DNA from: the human T2T-CHM13v2.0 reference genome, Homo sapiens
Length of the DNA: 64,000 bases
Reading direction: 5' to 3' (one strand)
NCBI RefSeq assembly: GCF_009914755.1
Contig: NC_060927.1
Shown here: positions 63,401 to 64,000 of the stretch, one piece after another
Numbering within the stretch: position 1 is the first letter of the stretch
How the letters are laid out: each line of letters starts with the position of its first letter
Program-made: the position numbers and the translations under genes
Notes under the pieces: model-generated
Seen by the model: the letters and a program-made list of their open reading frames with translations, nothing else
Databases searched by the model: none
Told to the model about the DNA's origin: nothing

Positions 63401-64000
63401 TCCTGACAAGTAGGAGGTGAGGTCGGCTAGGCAGTGAGAGTTGGGAGAAGGGAGAGAGGGAGGGGACTCAGATCTCCACACTTCATTGTCTTGTCAACTG
63501 CTGGTGCCCCTTTGCCCTCCCAGCACCGTGCTGGGCTTGGTTCCTTCCTGTAACAGGTGTAGCTGCAATAATAAACAGCCCCCTCCAGGTCAGCCTGGCC
63601 CCAGGGCAGACCAGGATCAGTATCTTTACCACAGGAGCCTGGATACTTGGTGGCCACCTGGAAAAGAAAGGTGCAGAGGGTCAGGGGCAGCTGTAAACCA
63701 GAAGCCAGCCTTCCCCAGCAGGCTTGCAACCCTGAGCTCTGTGGAGGCAAACAGCTTCCAATATAAACCCTTTCCACCCCCAACCCCCCAAACCAACAGA
63801 TCCAGATGGTTTGCGGGAGAATCCTATAGAACATTCAAACTACAGAAAATCCCAGTCTAGTGAATAGACACTCATTCCTTAAGGTATGTTATGAGGCTCA
63901 TGTAACTTTGATAGCAAAGCCAGACGAGGAGAGAATAAGCAAATAGTAGCATATCTCAGTCATCCACGTGGATACAAAAACCCTAAATGAAATATTAGCA

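Noticed and set aside
63427-63834. AVYYC motif as an immunoglobulin V domain
   Set aside because: Lacks a properly spaced first Cys/Trp and an RSS; probably coincidental.

Overview
Primate, almost certainly human, genomic DNA. It holds the complete 10-exon PDHB gene (pyruvate dehydrogenase E1 beta) on the minus strand, CDS 8190->2412. The exon CDS lengths sum to 1080 nt (359 aa plus stop) and every intron is GT-AG. From recalled gene order at 3p14.3, the first ~0.5 kb is probably the PXK 3' UTR and KCTD6 probably starts just past the right edge; neither can be shown from this sequence. The ~55 kb upstream of PDHB is almost all transposon-derived: dozens of Alus, old L1/L2/MIR, Tigger1, Tigger2 and MER53, and many ERV LTRs. 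Nearly all non-PDHB ORFs in the track are repeat-derived. I found no convincing new protein-coding gene or new multi-gene system. The strongest leads are: (1) a nested stack of 7 ERV LTRs from 5 families within 9 kb of the PDHB promoter, all pointing at PDHB, including a HERV-E LTR2 about 770 bp from the ATG; (2) a perfect 28-bp hairpin inside a THE1A LTR; (3) a 36-nt truncated U2 snRNA retrocopy with target-site duplication (TSD); (4) a four-layer nest of LTR7 in AluY in Tigger2 in L1. Repeat family names come from my recall of consensus sequences, not from a RepeatMasker run.
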